Shown: in pieces, positions 38,556 through 51,890 of the stretch
Numbering within the stretch: position 1 is the first letter of the stretch
Layout: the number at the start of each line of letters is the position of its first letter
Source of the DNA: Torpedo marmorata
Taxonomy: Eukaryota
Reading direction: 5' to 3'
Assembly (NCBI GenBank): GCA_977017645.1
Contig: OZ360235.1
Span: forward strand, 67,208,001-67,272,000
DNA: 64,000 nucleotides
Position numbers and translations under genes: made by a program
Notes under the pieces: generated by a model
What the model saw: only the letters and a program-made list of their open reading frames with translations
Told to the model about the DNA's origin: nothing
Databases searched by the model: none

Positions 38556-40384
38556 TACTTAAAAAAAAACTAAAATGTTTACATGATTTAACAACAAAGG
38601 CATTTACGGTAGATGTGGTGCAGCAAGCTTCTTTTTATTTTAAAGTAAAATGGCTAAAACATCACATTAATTATTTGAAAACCAATAATCCTTTGTATTA
38701 AGCAATACAGGATAAAATGCACAAAAAATTTATAATCTTTAGAAAAGTAACTGCATACCAACAAAAATTCAAGCTGATTGTATCTCGAAGGTATTTATTT
38801 AGTAATAAAACAAATATTCATCAATTCAGCTTACATTTGTACAAATTATGATGCTGGAAACCAAACATGATTTGCATTTTTCCAATTTGCGGCATTTATT
38901 GCAAAGCTAGAATAAAAGAACTTCATTTTGTAAGTTCTCACTATTGAGAAGAACTATGGCATGTTGCTTGATAAAAGATGTCACCGTTCTTAATATAAAC
39001 AGAATGCTTGCATTCAATGAAATCCCTTATCAATTTCTCAATCACATAGTTCACTTAAACATCCTTACCGCATATTTTCTCATTATTAAATGACCACTTA
39101 TTTTTGTACTTCACTCTCTTCCCCCTCGTTACTTTCTCCCAAATTTTGCAGCACAAATCTGCTATTCAACATAGATTGGAATGTCAAAGTAAAAAGTCAC
39201 AAAAATATACATTTTAAAGAAAATATAAACTAATTATGGTAAACATGAGTCTGGACTTTGCTTTGCAAATATGGTAATAAATTGTTTTCTCTTGTTATTT
39301 GAATTCTGGATTTTTTAATGCAATTCTTAATCAATGACTGACAAATGTGTGCATTTACACTGAGAGCAAACATTTCAAGGAGTAAACCAAATCTGAATCA
39401 CCTGTGAAAGCAAGAAAAAAATACAAAAGTCCATTCCTGCACATAGTTAGGCACATAATGAAACTCTTTTGCTTTTAAAATTAAAATTACTTTTGAAGCT
39501 CGATCCAAAGCAACTATGATTTTAAAAAAAACTAGGAACACATTCTATGTGAATGAGACCTATCAATCTGCCAAATTCTTTTTTGCCTGATACTAATTGA
39601 TCTACAAGTTTCTAATCATCCAGATAGCCGATAATAGAGAAATAGCAGTAGATGCTTCTGGCCCACATGACAAGCCAATCAGAAGTCTGTCAAGTTTAGT
39701 TTGGACTCATTTCCTGTTTAATGTAGTTAATGTATTCATAAAATATTACATCAACTACATTAAACAGGAAGAGTCCAATACTATATCTGAAAGTCAATAA
39801 ATTCACAAAAAATTACAAAAATAATTCAAGACCAGCAGCAAATTAATTTCAGAAAAAGATTTAAATAATTCACATTATCATTTTCAATCATTCTACAGAA
39901 AACACCAATTGGATACAAGGGCAGAAAATGCTGGAAATAGCAAGCCAGACAACATCTCCATTGAAATAAAAAATTACCTCTACAAGTTGATTTTTTGTTG
40001 CAATCATGAAAACGCCCTCCTCAGCATCAATAGTGCACAGCTGTTTTACAGGAAAGGCTACACAAAATGAAACACTTCAGAAGGCTGCTTCTACGATTAT
40101 AAAGAACTGAAATTCCCATGTGATCAGCACCACTGTCACTGCATCCTTGGGCTCAATGGCAGTGTTAGTTAACTTTCTGGATTGGGAATCTCCAGCTGCC
40201 ATGCTGGGAAGGCAGCCGACTGAACCTGTACATCTTGCACAGTTCCGTCACCATTTATTTCAATGAGGCAAAACAGCTGCTGGGAAGGTGGTTACATGTC
40301 TAGTCAGAGGAATTAAAAGTTTTAAAAGAAATTAAAGCTATAAAATTATTAAAATATCATTCAAAATCTCAGATTTTTTAATTT

Positions 40385-40612
40385 TAATTTATAGATACAG
40401 CACAGTAACAGGCCCTTCCGGCCCAAGAGCCCGTGCCGCCTAAATACACCAATGTAACCAATTAACCTACTAACCCCATACGCCTTTGGAATGTGGGAGG
40501 AAACCGAGGCACCCAGAGGAAACCCAGAGACATGGGGAGAACGTACAAACTCCTTACAGACATCACCAGAATTGAACCCAGGTCACCAGCACTGAAATAG
40601 CATTGTGCTCAC
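40385..40612 (-). mobile_element. V-SINE (HE1-like), head interrupted by the MITE
   Basis: Matches the other SINE copies (ACAGTAACAGGCCC..., GGGAGGAAACC, ACAAACTCCTTACAGACA). Confidence 0.8.
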
Positions 40613-40620
40613 CTCTACAC

Positions 40621-40995
40621 CAGTGGTTTTCAAACTGCCCCCTTAGACTCACATTCCACCTTAAGCAATCCCTATGCCATAAGTGCTCTGTGATTAGTAA
40701 GGGTTTGCTTAAGGTGGTAAGTGAGTGGGAAGGGAAGGTTGAGAACCACTGCTCCAGACCCAATTGTTACTGAAATATTTTGCTTGAGAAAAATTGTCAT
40801 TGGCCCATTTCCTTTGGATTTATGAAACCGTGAACATAACGAGTCAATTAGGTACGATTAAAACAGTGGTTTTCAAACTTTTTCTTCCCACTCACATACC
40901 ACCTTAAGTAATCCCTTACTAATCACAGAGCATTTATGGCATAGGGATTGCTTAAGGTGGAATGTGAGTCTAGGGGGGAAGTTTGAAAACCACTG
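40621..40995. mobile_element. Composite non-autonomous hAT MITE, copy 2
   Basis: Arms 40621-40751 and 40864-40995 around the same 112-bp core as copy 1; 8-bp TSD CTCTACAC / CTCTACGC. Confidence 0.9.
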
Positions 40996-42399
40996 CTCTA
41001 CGCTCACCTTCACAGATATTTAGCTTTGACAGCTCATAAGACTGAGACCTTTGCTTAATTGGCTGTCAAACCTGTGGAGAATCTCACCAATCAGAAGCCA
41101 ACTTTGTGGAACATGTCACTGCATAGTTCTTTGGGAAGACAGACAATAATTATTGATGGAGGATAAACAGAAAAAAAGATGAAACTTGGCAGAGTTCTTT
41201 CCTCAAGATCAATAATTGATCCCCAAGAGAAACAAATGCAAAATAAACTCGATCATCCACAATGAAACGAACAACAATGAAAGAAACAACAGTATATCTA
41301 GTTGAGTACTACGTAGAGAAAACAGGTTCAAAGCCAAGTAGGATGAGTGCTTTTTTCTTTCATATGTCTGGGAGTTCCACCATCAACATGTAATGAGGTT
41401 GAACTTAAAAGACAGAATGCAACTCTTACTTTACACCCATGGCTGTTAGATGGTGAAGTGTGCACTTGCAGCTTGTTGTTTACTGAGATGGTCCAGGCAG
41501 AACTGTCTAGTGGGCAGTCCTGGCTCATAAGCTGCACATCCTGCACTAGAGCTGTACATCCCTAACTTTTTACAGAACAGTTGCAAGGTCATCAACATGA
41601 TACATCTATACAATTGCTTTCTCCACAGATCCTGTTTCAACTGTTGCATATTTCTGGCATTTTCTGTTTTTCTGGCATTTTCTGTTTTTCTTTTAGATAT
41701 CTGGCAATCATTTTATTGAATTTTTGAATGAGTTTTTGTTTCATGGGATGCTCAACTTTTGGCTCATTAAGACACACTTTCAAAAGTTATTTTGCAGTAA
41801 CAATTATCCTAGATGCATTCCAAAATTATAAAATTTACCTGCTTCGAGACTGTACACACGGAAACAATAAGTTTCTGCAAAACCTTAACATGAAAAGTTG
41901 TAAAAATAAATCCAGTGTCAAAATCTTTACCAAATAAAATTCAAAAATTCTTAATTTGGTTCAAAATTATTTTAGGACTCACTACAACTTGCATTTTCTT
42001 TTGTACAATCATCAAAATCTTCGCAATTCAGAAGAAAATTCAGAAGTTGCACATCACAGGTTGCAAGCAATTTTACTTTAAGCTTTTAAAATAAGATAGT
42101 CAACAGATAAATATGGCAAGGTCCTTCAAATTGAAGGCCCCAAGGTGCTGTATTTTTCCTCTTGTACAAGAACCCATATTTATACCAAAATCTCATGCAA
42201 TACAGTTGTGGGCCTTTAATAATCTGATAAACTGAATAACCAGTCGCAAAATAGCATAGCAATATTTTAAAAACTTATGTAAGTTTCTAAGATAAAGGTG
42301 TAGGAAATTTTGTTATTTAAACAAAATCAAGTTAAGAATGTATAAAATATTGCAAAAATAAAAGTTGTAGCCTTTGAAAAACCAAAATAACTTAAAAAA

Positions 42400-44565
42400 A
42401 ACGTTCAACACTTTATTGGTAAACTCATTTGTGAGAATTATATTTAAAATAACTGTACAAAATCTTTGCCAACACTATTCACCAAGCTTAGCAGTTCCAA
42501 CAGCAGCTATATTTTGGATCCATTTAATGATGTTGTCAATGGTTATGGCTCTCTTTTGGTGTGTCTTACGAGTCTCCTCCAATCCTTCAACAGGAAACTG
42601 TCAACATAACAATCAATTCCATTTTCCCTTTGTGCTTACCCAGTTTCTGCTTAAGTTTGACTATGCTGCTCAATTACTCCTCACTCAAGAGCATTCCACT
42701 TTCCACCCATTTCCCAAGTCAATGACCTCTAGTTGGCAACATTTTTTCCTATGTGTGCCCATTATATCATGACATAAAAATCACGATTAGATAGCCTCCT
42801 TTCTTTCCTAGAAAAAAATAGCCCCTCCCCCTACTAAACAACCCTTTCATAAAAAGTATATCCACTCACTTCTGATATCGTCTTTGTAAATTTTTTGCCA
42901 CTGCTCCAATCCTGTTTATACCTGTAAACGTGGATTTCCATTAGCCAAATTTTGCTGTGGGAACTCTTGGCCCTCTGAATGACTCCCAGACCCCAGGTAG
43001 AAAGGGATACCAAATGCTCAGTGATGTCAAGCGAGCGCTCCACATTATTTATATCACTGGGCATGCCAACTGGCCAATGTTGAGCTCAGCATTAACACCT
43101 GTAGTTCACACATGCAATGCTTAGCTGGATCCGAATCTAGTCAATAACAAATTTGTAAAGAGTTTGTAAACCTTCTAATTATTTTACTTTACATCACTTT
43201 AAAACATTTAGAAATACATCATTTACTAAGACAATGAATGATAAAGCTCTCAAGCTTGATTAACCCTCAAAATATTTAAAACTGATGCTTATTTTCAGTC
43301 TCTTGAAGGATTCCCTGATCAGTGCAATCATCCAAAGTGCAGCTCTGCTTTGATATTCAGGATTCAAGAATTATTGGTTATATCTCCTTGTTTTAAAATG
43401 AATCAAATTTAAATTCAGATAAACCAATTTCTAAAGTGGTTCTAGTGATGCATCTCTTCAACTGCCTGTTAATACCTTTCAAGAACCACAAATCATGTAA
43501 GCTGTGTGCTTTATTGCCAATTCTATACAATATATTTAATTAAAGCAGGTAATGTTCAACTGTGGAGATTGTTTTGTAACATCAGGTTATCTTCAAGAGT
43601 TTCCACAGAGGAAGGTATGGCATAAAACCTTGGCTTTGGCAGAAAAAGCCAAATTTAGTTCACTACTCCAATCTGAGATATCTGACAATATTTTTATTAG
43701 CTAATTAAATTTACCAGATTATGCAAAAATTAATAATCAAGCTCAACAAATCAACAGATTCAATGTTTTTATTGCCATTTAATGACATGAAATGAAAGTC
43801 ACGTGGCTGACATGTAGCTAAAATGGACAGCTACAAGAAAATTTAGGGGAAATGGCAAGAATTCAACATTCACTTCTTCACCAGTCCAGTTCACTAGTTA
43901 TCTCCTAAATGTCCTTTATTGTACTTGCAGAATCTTTTCAATTCACTAATTGCTATTTGATTTTAGTTTGAATTTTTAACCCCTGCCCACTCCAATTTCC
44001 AAGCTTTTTGAGGCTCATCACCTTATCTTATTCTAATATTAGATTTGAATCTTGTATGCTTTCTCACTGGTGAAAACTAAAACTCAACTGATATTTTAGG
44101 AAAATGGAGTGGAGGTAAAAGTAAATGTCTATGATACTCCAATTAGAGATACTTAAACATTGCTGTGCTTGGAGTATAATCTACACTGGAAACCAGAAGA
44201 AATAGAAAGTTTGAACTAAAGTAGAATATAAATTTTCAATCCCCTTGGTGAGCACACAGATTCTTCCATGACACAGGTTGCCGGGTATTACATCTGCTGG
44301 CCCCATATCTCAAACTTCTGGTCTAAATTATTTATATTTGCTGCTTAAAAAACAGGTCAGGCCACAATTTTACACAGAAAACAATTTTAGTACATGTAAA
44401 AAAAAAAAAAAAACCTAGGGATGTCCCTATCAGAATGAAAGCACTTGCAATGCCTAACCATTGTATTTTTCTCAACCAGTAAGTTTTTTTTTTAAAAAAA
44501 GTTAAGAATTTAAAGACCCTAGCAGCAAATTGGCAAAACCTCTACACCATCAGACAGAACACCGA
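42400..44565 (-). other. NUP50: Probable NUP50 3' UTR
   Basis: Follows the stop codon; AT-rich and TE-free; minus-strand AATAAA at 43915, 43768, 43510 and 42412. The end point is inferred. Confidence 0.45.
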
Positions 44566-44777
44566 TTACACTTGATGTGTAGCTTTCTTCTCAGTAATAA
44601 TTTTGTGAAGCTCATCTGCATCCTGAGTAGTTTTCACACGGATCAAAATTGGCAGAGCAGTGTCAGGATTTTTCTCATCAATGGAAGGGTTGGGAACACA
44701 GACGAGAAGGATGTTGTTTTTTCCTGTTCTTGTACAAGGTAGTGATGGATGAAGCATAATGTTCAGTAAAATATTTC
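44566..44777 (-). CDS. NUP50: Nucleoporin NUP50 last coding exon (RanBD C-terminal half)
   Basis: (G)NILLNIMLHPSLPCTRTGKNNILLVCVPNPSIDEK...ILIRVKTTQDADELHKIITEKKATHQV-TAA; acceptor TTTTTTGACCAG. Confidence 0.95.
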
Positions 44778-45856
44778 CTGGTCAAAAAAAAAGTTGGAAG
44801 CCTTAAAACTCTCACCATTTTCCATAATCCCACATACAATGAAAATTTATTTTCCTGATGTATCCAATCCTGAAAGTAAATATTTCCATTAAAGTTACAT
44901 TCAATGCCCTCTTTTTAATTATCTTAATGGATGAAAATAGTTTTTCCCCCACTATTTGTCTTTCTAAAATCACTTGGTATCATTTTGATCTCCTAATTTA
45001 AAAAGAAACTTACCTACCCAAAGTCAGTAAAAATCTTCCAGTTAAAATAACATACAAGTATTAGCTTTTTAAACAGATCATGGTTTCTCTCATGTAATTC
45101 CCTGAAATAGTTCTTATTTTCTTTTGAACAAGACTTTCTTTTCTCAATTTCTTGATAATAAATCTATATATATTTTAGTAATAGAAAAATGCAATGGACC
45201 ATTTGGTCTGAGACCCCATAAAGGCTTTTCCCAATTTCCCACATAGCTGAAAATTAAATATGTAATCTTTTAACTACCGGTATTTAGATTTTCTCTTCCC
45301 TTCACCTCAAGTCAAAGATGGTATAATTTTAGTCTTTCAAGCACTGTAGCAAGATAACCTTCTATCATTCATGTGTAAGATACTGCAATTACCCAAATTG
45401 TCTTACATTTCATCTGGATCTAAACAGATCGTGTCTGCAACCACTCCACGTAAAAAATCTCCAGAGAAAGGATAGTGTCATACAGCACAGAAATGCGTCC
45501 TTCAGTGCAACTGGACAAAGCCAATCAAGTTGTCTAAGCTCTTCCTATTTGCCCGCATTTGGCCCATAACTTTTAAATGTTGTAATTGCACCTGCCTCTA
45601 CCACCCTCTGATAGCTTGCTCCATATGTTCTCTATCCTCTGTGTGGAAGACGTTGCCCCTCAGTCTGTTTTAAAGCTTTCTCCCTGCACCTTAAACCTGC
45701 CCTGTCTAGTTTTAGACTCTCCTACACTGGGGAAAAGACCGAGACTGTTCACCATATCTGTCATGATTTTACACACCTCTATAAGGTCACCTCTCAGCTT
45801 TCCAAACTCCAGGGAAGGAAAAAAAAGAGCCTATCCACCAGCCTCTCTCCATAAAT

Positions 45857-46105
45857 GGGCAGCACGGTTAGCGTAGTTAGCGTGACACTATTACAGTGCC
45901 AGTGAACCAGGATCGAATCCGGCGCTGTATGTAATGAGTTTGTACGTGTTCCCCATGCCAGTGTGGTTTCCCCCTGGGTGCTCTGGTTTCCTCCCACCCT
46001 TCAAAACGTACGGGGTTGCAGGTTAATTTGGGTGCAATTGGGCGGCGTGAATTTAAATGGTCGGAATTGGCTTCTACTGTGCTGCAAATTAAAATTTAAA
46101 ATTTA
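45857..46105 (+). mobile_element. V-SINE (HE1-like) inserted in a minus-strand CR1 remnant (~45470-46150)
   Basis: Head GGGCAGCACGGTTAGCGTAG, B-box-like GGATCGAATCC, V core, AAATTT-repeat tail. Confidence 0.8.
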
Positions 46106-46199
46106 AATAATTCAATCTCTCCAGTCCCAATAACGTCGTTGTGAATTTTTTTCCGATCCTAACATCGATCTAAAAGCAGTATATTATGCCTAAACAAGG

Positions 46200-48258
46200 G
46201 AGTCTACAATGGGATGTGGGAGGAGTTGCCTAGTGAAGAATAGTGGAAGACTTTCAAAGATTTTTCAGTGCTCAAATGTATATTCCAGTTAAAAGCAAGA
46301 ACAGCAAGGATGAGGAGAGCCAGTCTTAGATATCTAAGGAAGTAAAGAAAGGCATCAAACTAAAAGCTTGTGTATAAAGTCACCAAGAGTAGTTGGAATC
46401 TGGAAGATTGGGAAAACTTTAAAAATCAACAAAGAATCACAAAGTAATAAAAAAATATAGATAAACGTAAACTAGCACAAAATATAAACACAGTAAAAGT
46501 TTTTAATGTACAAAACAGAAAGGGGTGGTTAATGTGAATGCATTTCCTTTGTAAGATGAGAAAAGTGAATTAACATTGAGTAATGCAGAAATGATCGAAG
46601 CCTTGAACGACGATTTAGTGGCAGTCTTCAAAGTAGAAGACACATCTAACATGCCAAAGAGGGACATTATGGATGTGATAGTGAGGACCTTGATACAATC
46701 GCTATCATTAAAAAGGTAGTGCTGAGCAAACTAGTGGATCCTTATGGGATGCACCGCAGAGTACTGAAAGAAATGGCAGGTTTTTGTAGAAGCATTTGTG
46801 TTATTTACCAAATTTTTCTAAACTCTGGGCAGGTCCCTGCTGATTGGAAAACAGCCAATGTCATGCCACTGCTTAAAAAAAAAAAGGATGTAGGCAAAAG
46901 GTAGCTGACTACAGGTAACTAAAAGTTAGCTTAACCTCTGTGGTCAGGAAAATGCTTGAAGCTATCATTAAGGAAGAAATAGCAAGACATCGAGATAAAA
47001 ATTGTTCCATCAGACACACAGCATGGATTCAGGATGGGCAGGTAATTTTTGACAAATTTACTGGAATTCTTTGACAATATGACGAGCACCATGGATAGAG
47101 GGGAACATTACCGACACGGATTTTTCCAGAGGTGTTTGATAAGGTGCTGCATGAAAGACTTTTCCATAAGACAAGGATGTATGGAGTTGGGGATTATGTA
47201 GTAGAATGGATAGAAGATTGGTTAATCAATAGAAGGCAGAGAGTTGGGAGAAATGAGTGTTTCTCTGGTTCAAAATCAGTGGTAAATAAGTGCCGTAGGA
47301 GTTGGTGCTGGGCCTGGATCCGTTTACAATTTACATTAACGATTTGCATGAGGGGGCCAAGTGTAACGTTTCAAAGTTTGCTGATGACACAAAATTGAGT
47401 GGAAAAGCAAATAGTGCAGAAGATGCGAAGAGTCTGCAGAGAAATAGATAGGTTAACTGCATGCAGTACTTCTCTCCTGACTTGAGAAAATATATACTGG
47501 CTTTGGAGGCAGTGCAGAGGAGGCTCACCAGCTTGATTCCAGAAGTAAAGGAGCCATCTTAGAACAGATTGAAAAGCCTGAGACTATACTCATTGAAGTT
47601 TAGAATGAGGGGCAATCTTGTAGAAATATACAAAATTATGAAAGGGATAGGATAGAAGCAAGAAAGTGGTATCCACTGATTTAGGAGACAGCCTCAAGAT
47701 TCAGAGGAGCAGATTTTGGACAAAGATGATTAGGAACTGCTTTTCCTTGACAGCAATGAATCTGTGGAATTCTCCGACCAAGGAAGCACCGGAGGCTACC
47801 TTTTCAACGGTTATCAGGCTCTTGATCCTCCCCTTGTTACACTAATCATGGACCGCTCTGACACCACAAAAGGGCAGTCTGCACTTTTGCAAAGTCACTT
47901 TTTTTGCAACAGGATAACTGAATATTTATGATCTTTCTATCTATTTATTTATTGCCTTTTTAGTTCAATTATGTATACTATTGTAGATTTTTTTTTATAT
48001 ACAAAGTACCTTTTCAGCTGCAGCAAGTACAAATTTTGTGCATACGTACACTGTACTATGTATATGACAAAAAAATTATCATTACCTCTAAATATATTCA
48101 AGACTGTTAGATTTTTGCAAAGTAGGGGAATTAAGGGTTATGACGAAAAGGCAGGTAGGTGGAGCCGAGCCCACAGCCAGATCAGCCATGATCTTACTGA
48201 ATGGTAAAGCAGGCTCAACAAGCCAGATGGTCTACTCCTGCTCCTATTTCTTATGTTA
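46200..48258 (+). mobile_element. Decayed CR1 LINE with a nested Rex 3' fragment (~47800-48075)
   Basis: DWKTANVMPL, FDKVLHERL and KFADDTK remnants; 3' end ...TACTCCTGCTCCTATTTCTTATGTT. Confidence 0.75.
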
Positions 48259-49780
48259 CATTATTTACATCTTTCCTTCAGCAAGGTTACCAGAACTGCA
48301 TGCACTCTTCCAACTGTGGTCTTACAAACATCCTGTACAGCTGTAGCATTATGTCGCAATTCCTTTATTCAATGTTCTGACTCATGAATGCACGAATGCC
48401 AAACACCTTCTTCATCATCCTGTGTTACCACTTTCAGGAAACTATGTACTCCTAGATCTCTGCCATTTACTGTACAACTCCTAACCAGGTCTTACTCATC
48501 TCAAATGCAACACCTCACACTTATCCAAATTAAACTCCATCTGCCATTTCTCATCCCACTGATTCAGTTGATTAAGATCCCATTGTGATTTTAGATAATC
48601 TTCCTCATTGTCACTATTCCAATTTTAGTATCGTCCACAAACTGGGGGATAAACTGAAGCTTGGTGACGCTGTCCTAAGTCTCTATGGGGAATTCCACAG
48701 CTGAGAGCCCTCCCACTGCTGGACATCGTGAGACCAGGTCCATGGCAAAATCCTCCCACTTAATGCTGATGAAATATTTGAGAAAGAATTCTTGATGTCA
48801 TGTTGACATAATGCAAATAGATAAATGCAATAATATGGCAAGAACACCGAAGTTTTTCCAAAGGAATGACTTGCATCACACAAATGTTATGAATAAAGTA
48901 TATTTTTGGAAAAAAGTTCATAGAAGTTTCAGAGAACAGAAGAGTCGAGATGCAGTAGCTCCATAAAATATAACAAATTAATCTAAGAGAATATCAAGCA
49001 GGCGCCCAAATATCTTTGTATCCCAAACAAAACAACTGTTGCAGAATTTGCTGGTTTTACTGGTTTATCAATTTAGTTTACAAAGGTGGGGGAAAACTGA
49101 AGATATTTTGTTCATTAACTCATGGAATTTGGGCTTCATTGTTGCTTCTAATTGTCTGTGTGATGGCAGTGACACATTGCCACCTTGAACTGCTATAGCT
49201 TGTTTTTTTAAAGACACTGCCACAATGATGGTGGGAGCGGAATTCCAGGATTTTAACCAAGCAACAGTCAAAGATCTGTGATGTATCCCCAAGTTAGGAT
49301 GACAAGCAACTTGGGAAACATGCAGGTGATGCGATTCCCAAATGTTTGTCATCCTTGTCCTTTTAAGTGGTTCAGAGTTTGGGAAATGCTGTGGGAGATC
49401 GTGTGGGCTCATCTGCTCTGACAGCATTGATCTTTCGGGTGTTGTATCTGCATTTATCCAGGTAAGTGCAGAGAATTCCATTACACAACTGTTATTAGAG
49501 TTGAAAAACCTTTGGTGAACCAGAACATGAGGTACTCAATGCAGTCACATTCTTATATGACTAATTAAGTTAAAATGGGTCAATGGTATTCCCCAAGATG
49601 TTGACTTTGGGAAGTCTACCGTCAAAATTAATGAAAAGAGATAGTTATTATCTTGGATGGCTACATCTGGCATTAGGTGTACAACCTTCCTTTGCTGGAG
49701 CTGCCTGCTAGAATCGGTATAAAGTATTACTGCTACATAATGAATGTATTGATACAAAGCAAAGGGGCTAATTAACTCAC

Positions 49781-49899
49781 CTAGATTGGTATCTGCTCGT
49801 ACCAACAACTGAAACTTTTGATCTGCCACAGGTTTTAAATGAATTGTACCAATTCCTTTATCAATGAAATCCCCATCTTTCTTGTAGAACATTTTACAC
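49781..49899 (-). CDS. NUP50: NUP50 penultimate coding exon (119 bp, RanBD)
   Basis: (K)[39 protein letters not shown](G); acceptor TTTTTCCAG, donor G|GTGAGT. Confidence 0.95.
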
Positions 49900-50464
49900 C
49901 TGGAAAAACAAAATTTAAATCTTAATATTTGTAATATTAAGTACAATCCTACAAATTTCATTCTTCTTAAGCTTATGCAATCTTTGACCACTTAAGACTG
50001 AAATTCCATATGTAATGACATGCAAATAAAATGGCTGACTTAAAAATCTATTTCAGGACACATGCATTGCTGGCAAGATCGGAATTTATTATGGCAACAC
50101 TGGTCTTCCCAAGAAAGCACTGATGGTCACTCCTCTTAAACCATCGGTAGCAGTTTAATAAAAATTAATAGCTGTTAAATCAATTCAGAAAATACCTTAC
50201 AACTCTAAAGCTGGGTTTTGGATTCACAACAATTTGTTTTGACAATTAATAATAAATTCAAAGTGCTCCATTGTCTCCAGCATGTTTAGGATGCCCTTGT
50301 GATTCTGAAGAGTATCAGAGACATAGATGACTTTTTCTTCAAAAGGGGAAGAAAAATATTGCAAAAAAGTCATAAATGGTTGTTTAAATAAATTGAAAGT
50401 GAAAATTGAGCTGGAATGCCCAAAAGAATTGCAAGCATCAAGTACTTTCTATCAGTTTTAGAGA

Positions 50465-50830
50465 GTCATAAAGTTGCATAGCACAAAATCAGGCCCTTCA
50501 GCCATACATTTTACCCATCTCTACGAATCCCATTTGCCTGCCTTCTATGCCTTGCCGATTTAAATGCCTGTTTAAATTGTTTCTTAAATGTTGTAAGTGT
50601 TTCCGATTCCATCTCCTCCTTTGGCAGAGCATTCCAGATGTCAACCTTTCTTGATGTGTAAAAAAAATGCCCGTCAGATTCCCTTTAAATCTCCTACCTC
50701 TCACTTTAAACCTTTGCCTTTTTTTGTTACCCTACCAGGGGGAAAAGATTTTGACCATCTACCAAATACACCTCTTATAATTTTATAAACTTCTATCAGG
50801 TCATACCCGTCTTTTCACTCTGAGGAACTA
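50465..50830 (-). mobile_element. CR1 LINE 3' remnant
   Basis: Minus-strand RGRRFKGNLTGIFFT resembles the CR1 ORF2 C-terminus at ~31640-31690. Confidence 0.6.
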
Positions 50831-51486
50831 ACAACGCAGGATAGTAGCAAAAGAATCAAAGGAGAGTGGATAGGAAAGTAAGAGGAAATTAGCTATAGAA
50901 CCACTGGGAAATAGAGGGAAAATGGGATTGCTCTGCTGAGAGTTGCATGGATCATATGGGTTAAATGACCTTCAAGAAAAATTAACAAGAATTTGACACT
51001 TGGCATCAATGAGGTAAAGAATTAAGAGAGCAACAAGAAAATGTGTCTTTGAAAAACAAGACTTCAGAGAATGCTGTTCTTTGATTAAAACAGCACAAAT
51101 TAAGAACTAATGATGAGAGCAGATCCAAGCTGACCATTCCCAGTTGTTGAGGGGTCCACTTAAAACACTTAGTTGAAGATTTGGAACAGATACCTAGATG
51201 CACAATTTTGTACAGAGTTGTGCAGAGTAGAATTTATTTCCACGAACAGCAAGACAGAAACCATGACAATATTCAACATTCAGATCAAAGAAATGGGGCT
51301 AAACTGATTTAGGATCATGGATAAATGTTTGCGTGTAGGACAAATGCAGACATCAATATTATGCATTTCAAGGCAGAGGAAAACAGTGAAATTAGCAAGA
51401 CGTGAGCAAGCAAGATTGGGATACAAAGTAGTTAAAATGGTTTCTCACTATGGACCCGATTTTAATAATTTTTTTTATTTTTTAAA

Positions 51487-51684
51487 CCCTTTGGCCTAAT
51501 ATATACTCTGGACTGGGTCCATGGGTAAACTACAGTACGAACCAGCTGCTCATTGGGTACAAAACCTGTCCCGGAAAACGGGGACAAGGAGTATATGAGC
51601 TAGTTGGTAGTCCCTGAAAACCGGGACACGGAGTATATGCACTCGTTGGTAGTCCATGACAACAGGGACATGGAGTCCAAAGGG
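51487..51684. mobile_element. piggyBac-like MITE
   Basis: Ends CCCTTTGG...CCAAAGGG, right flank TTAA, left flank TTAAA; internal ~40-bp direct repeats GGGACACGGAGTATATG..GTTGGTAGTCC. Confidence 0.65.
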
Positions 51685-51808
51685 TTAAATAAGCCTCTAA
51701 AATATGATCAAAATCTCGTTATGCTACTTTATTACCTAGTGCACAGATCCAAATCAAGTAGGCAACATTCACAAAAATTAAGACCTACTTCTGAATTGGA
51801 TTACGTAC

Positions 51809-51890
51809 TTCTTTGAAAAGATTGCATCTTCTTCTTTGATTTCATTTATAACTGGTTTAGGAGGATCTTCACTCTCTTCTTCATTTTCAT
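51809..51890 (-). CDS. NUP50: NUP50 coding exon (82 bp) preceding the RanBD
   Basis: (D)ENEEESEDPPKPVINEIKEEDAIFSK(K); acceptor TGATTTGTAG, donor AA|GTACGT; phase 2 joins the next exon in frame. Upstream exons are not visible in the window. Confidence 0.9.

Noticed and set aside
37720-38701. Cluster of GC-rich ORFs resembling a gene start or CpG-island promoter
   Set aside because: Mostly inside TA-flanked TIRs; no recognisable protein.
49545-49991. 148-aa ORF as a stand-alone gene
   Set aside because: Only 49781-49899 is NUP50-like and bounded by splice sites; the rest is intronic read-through.
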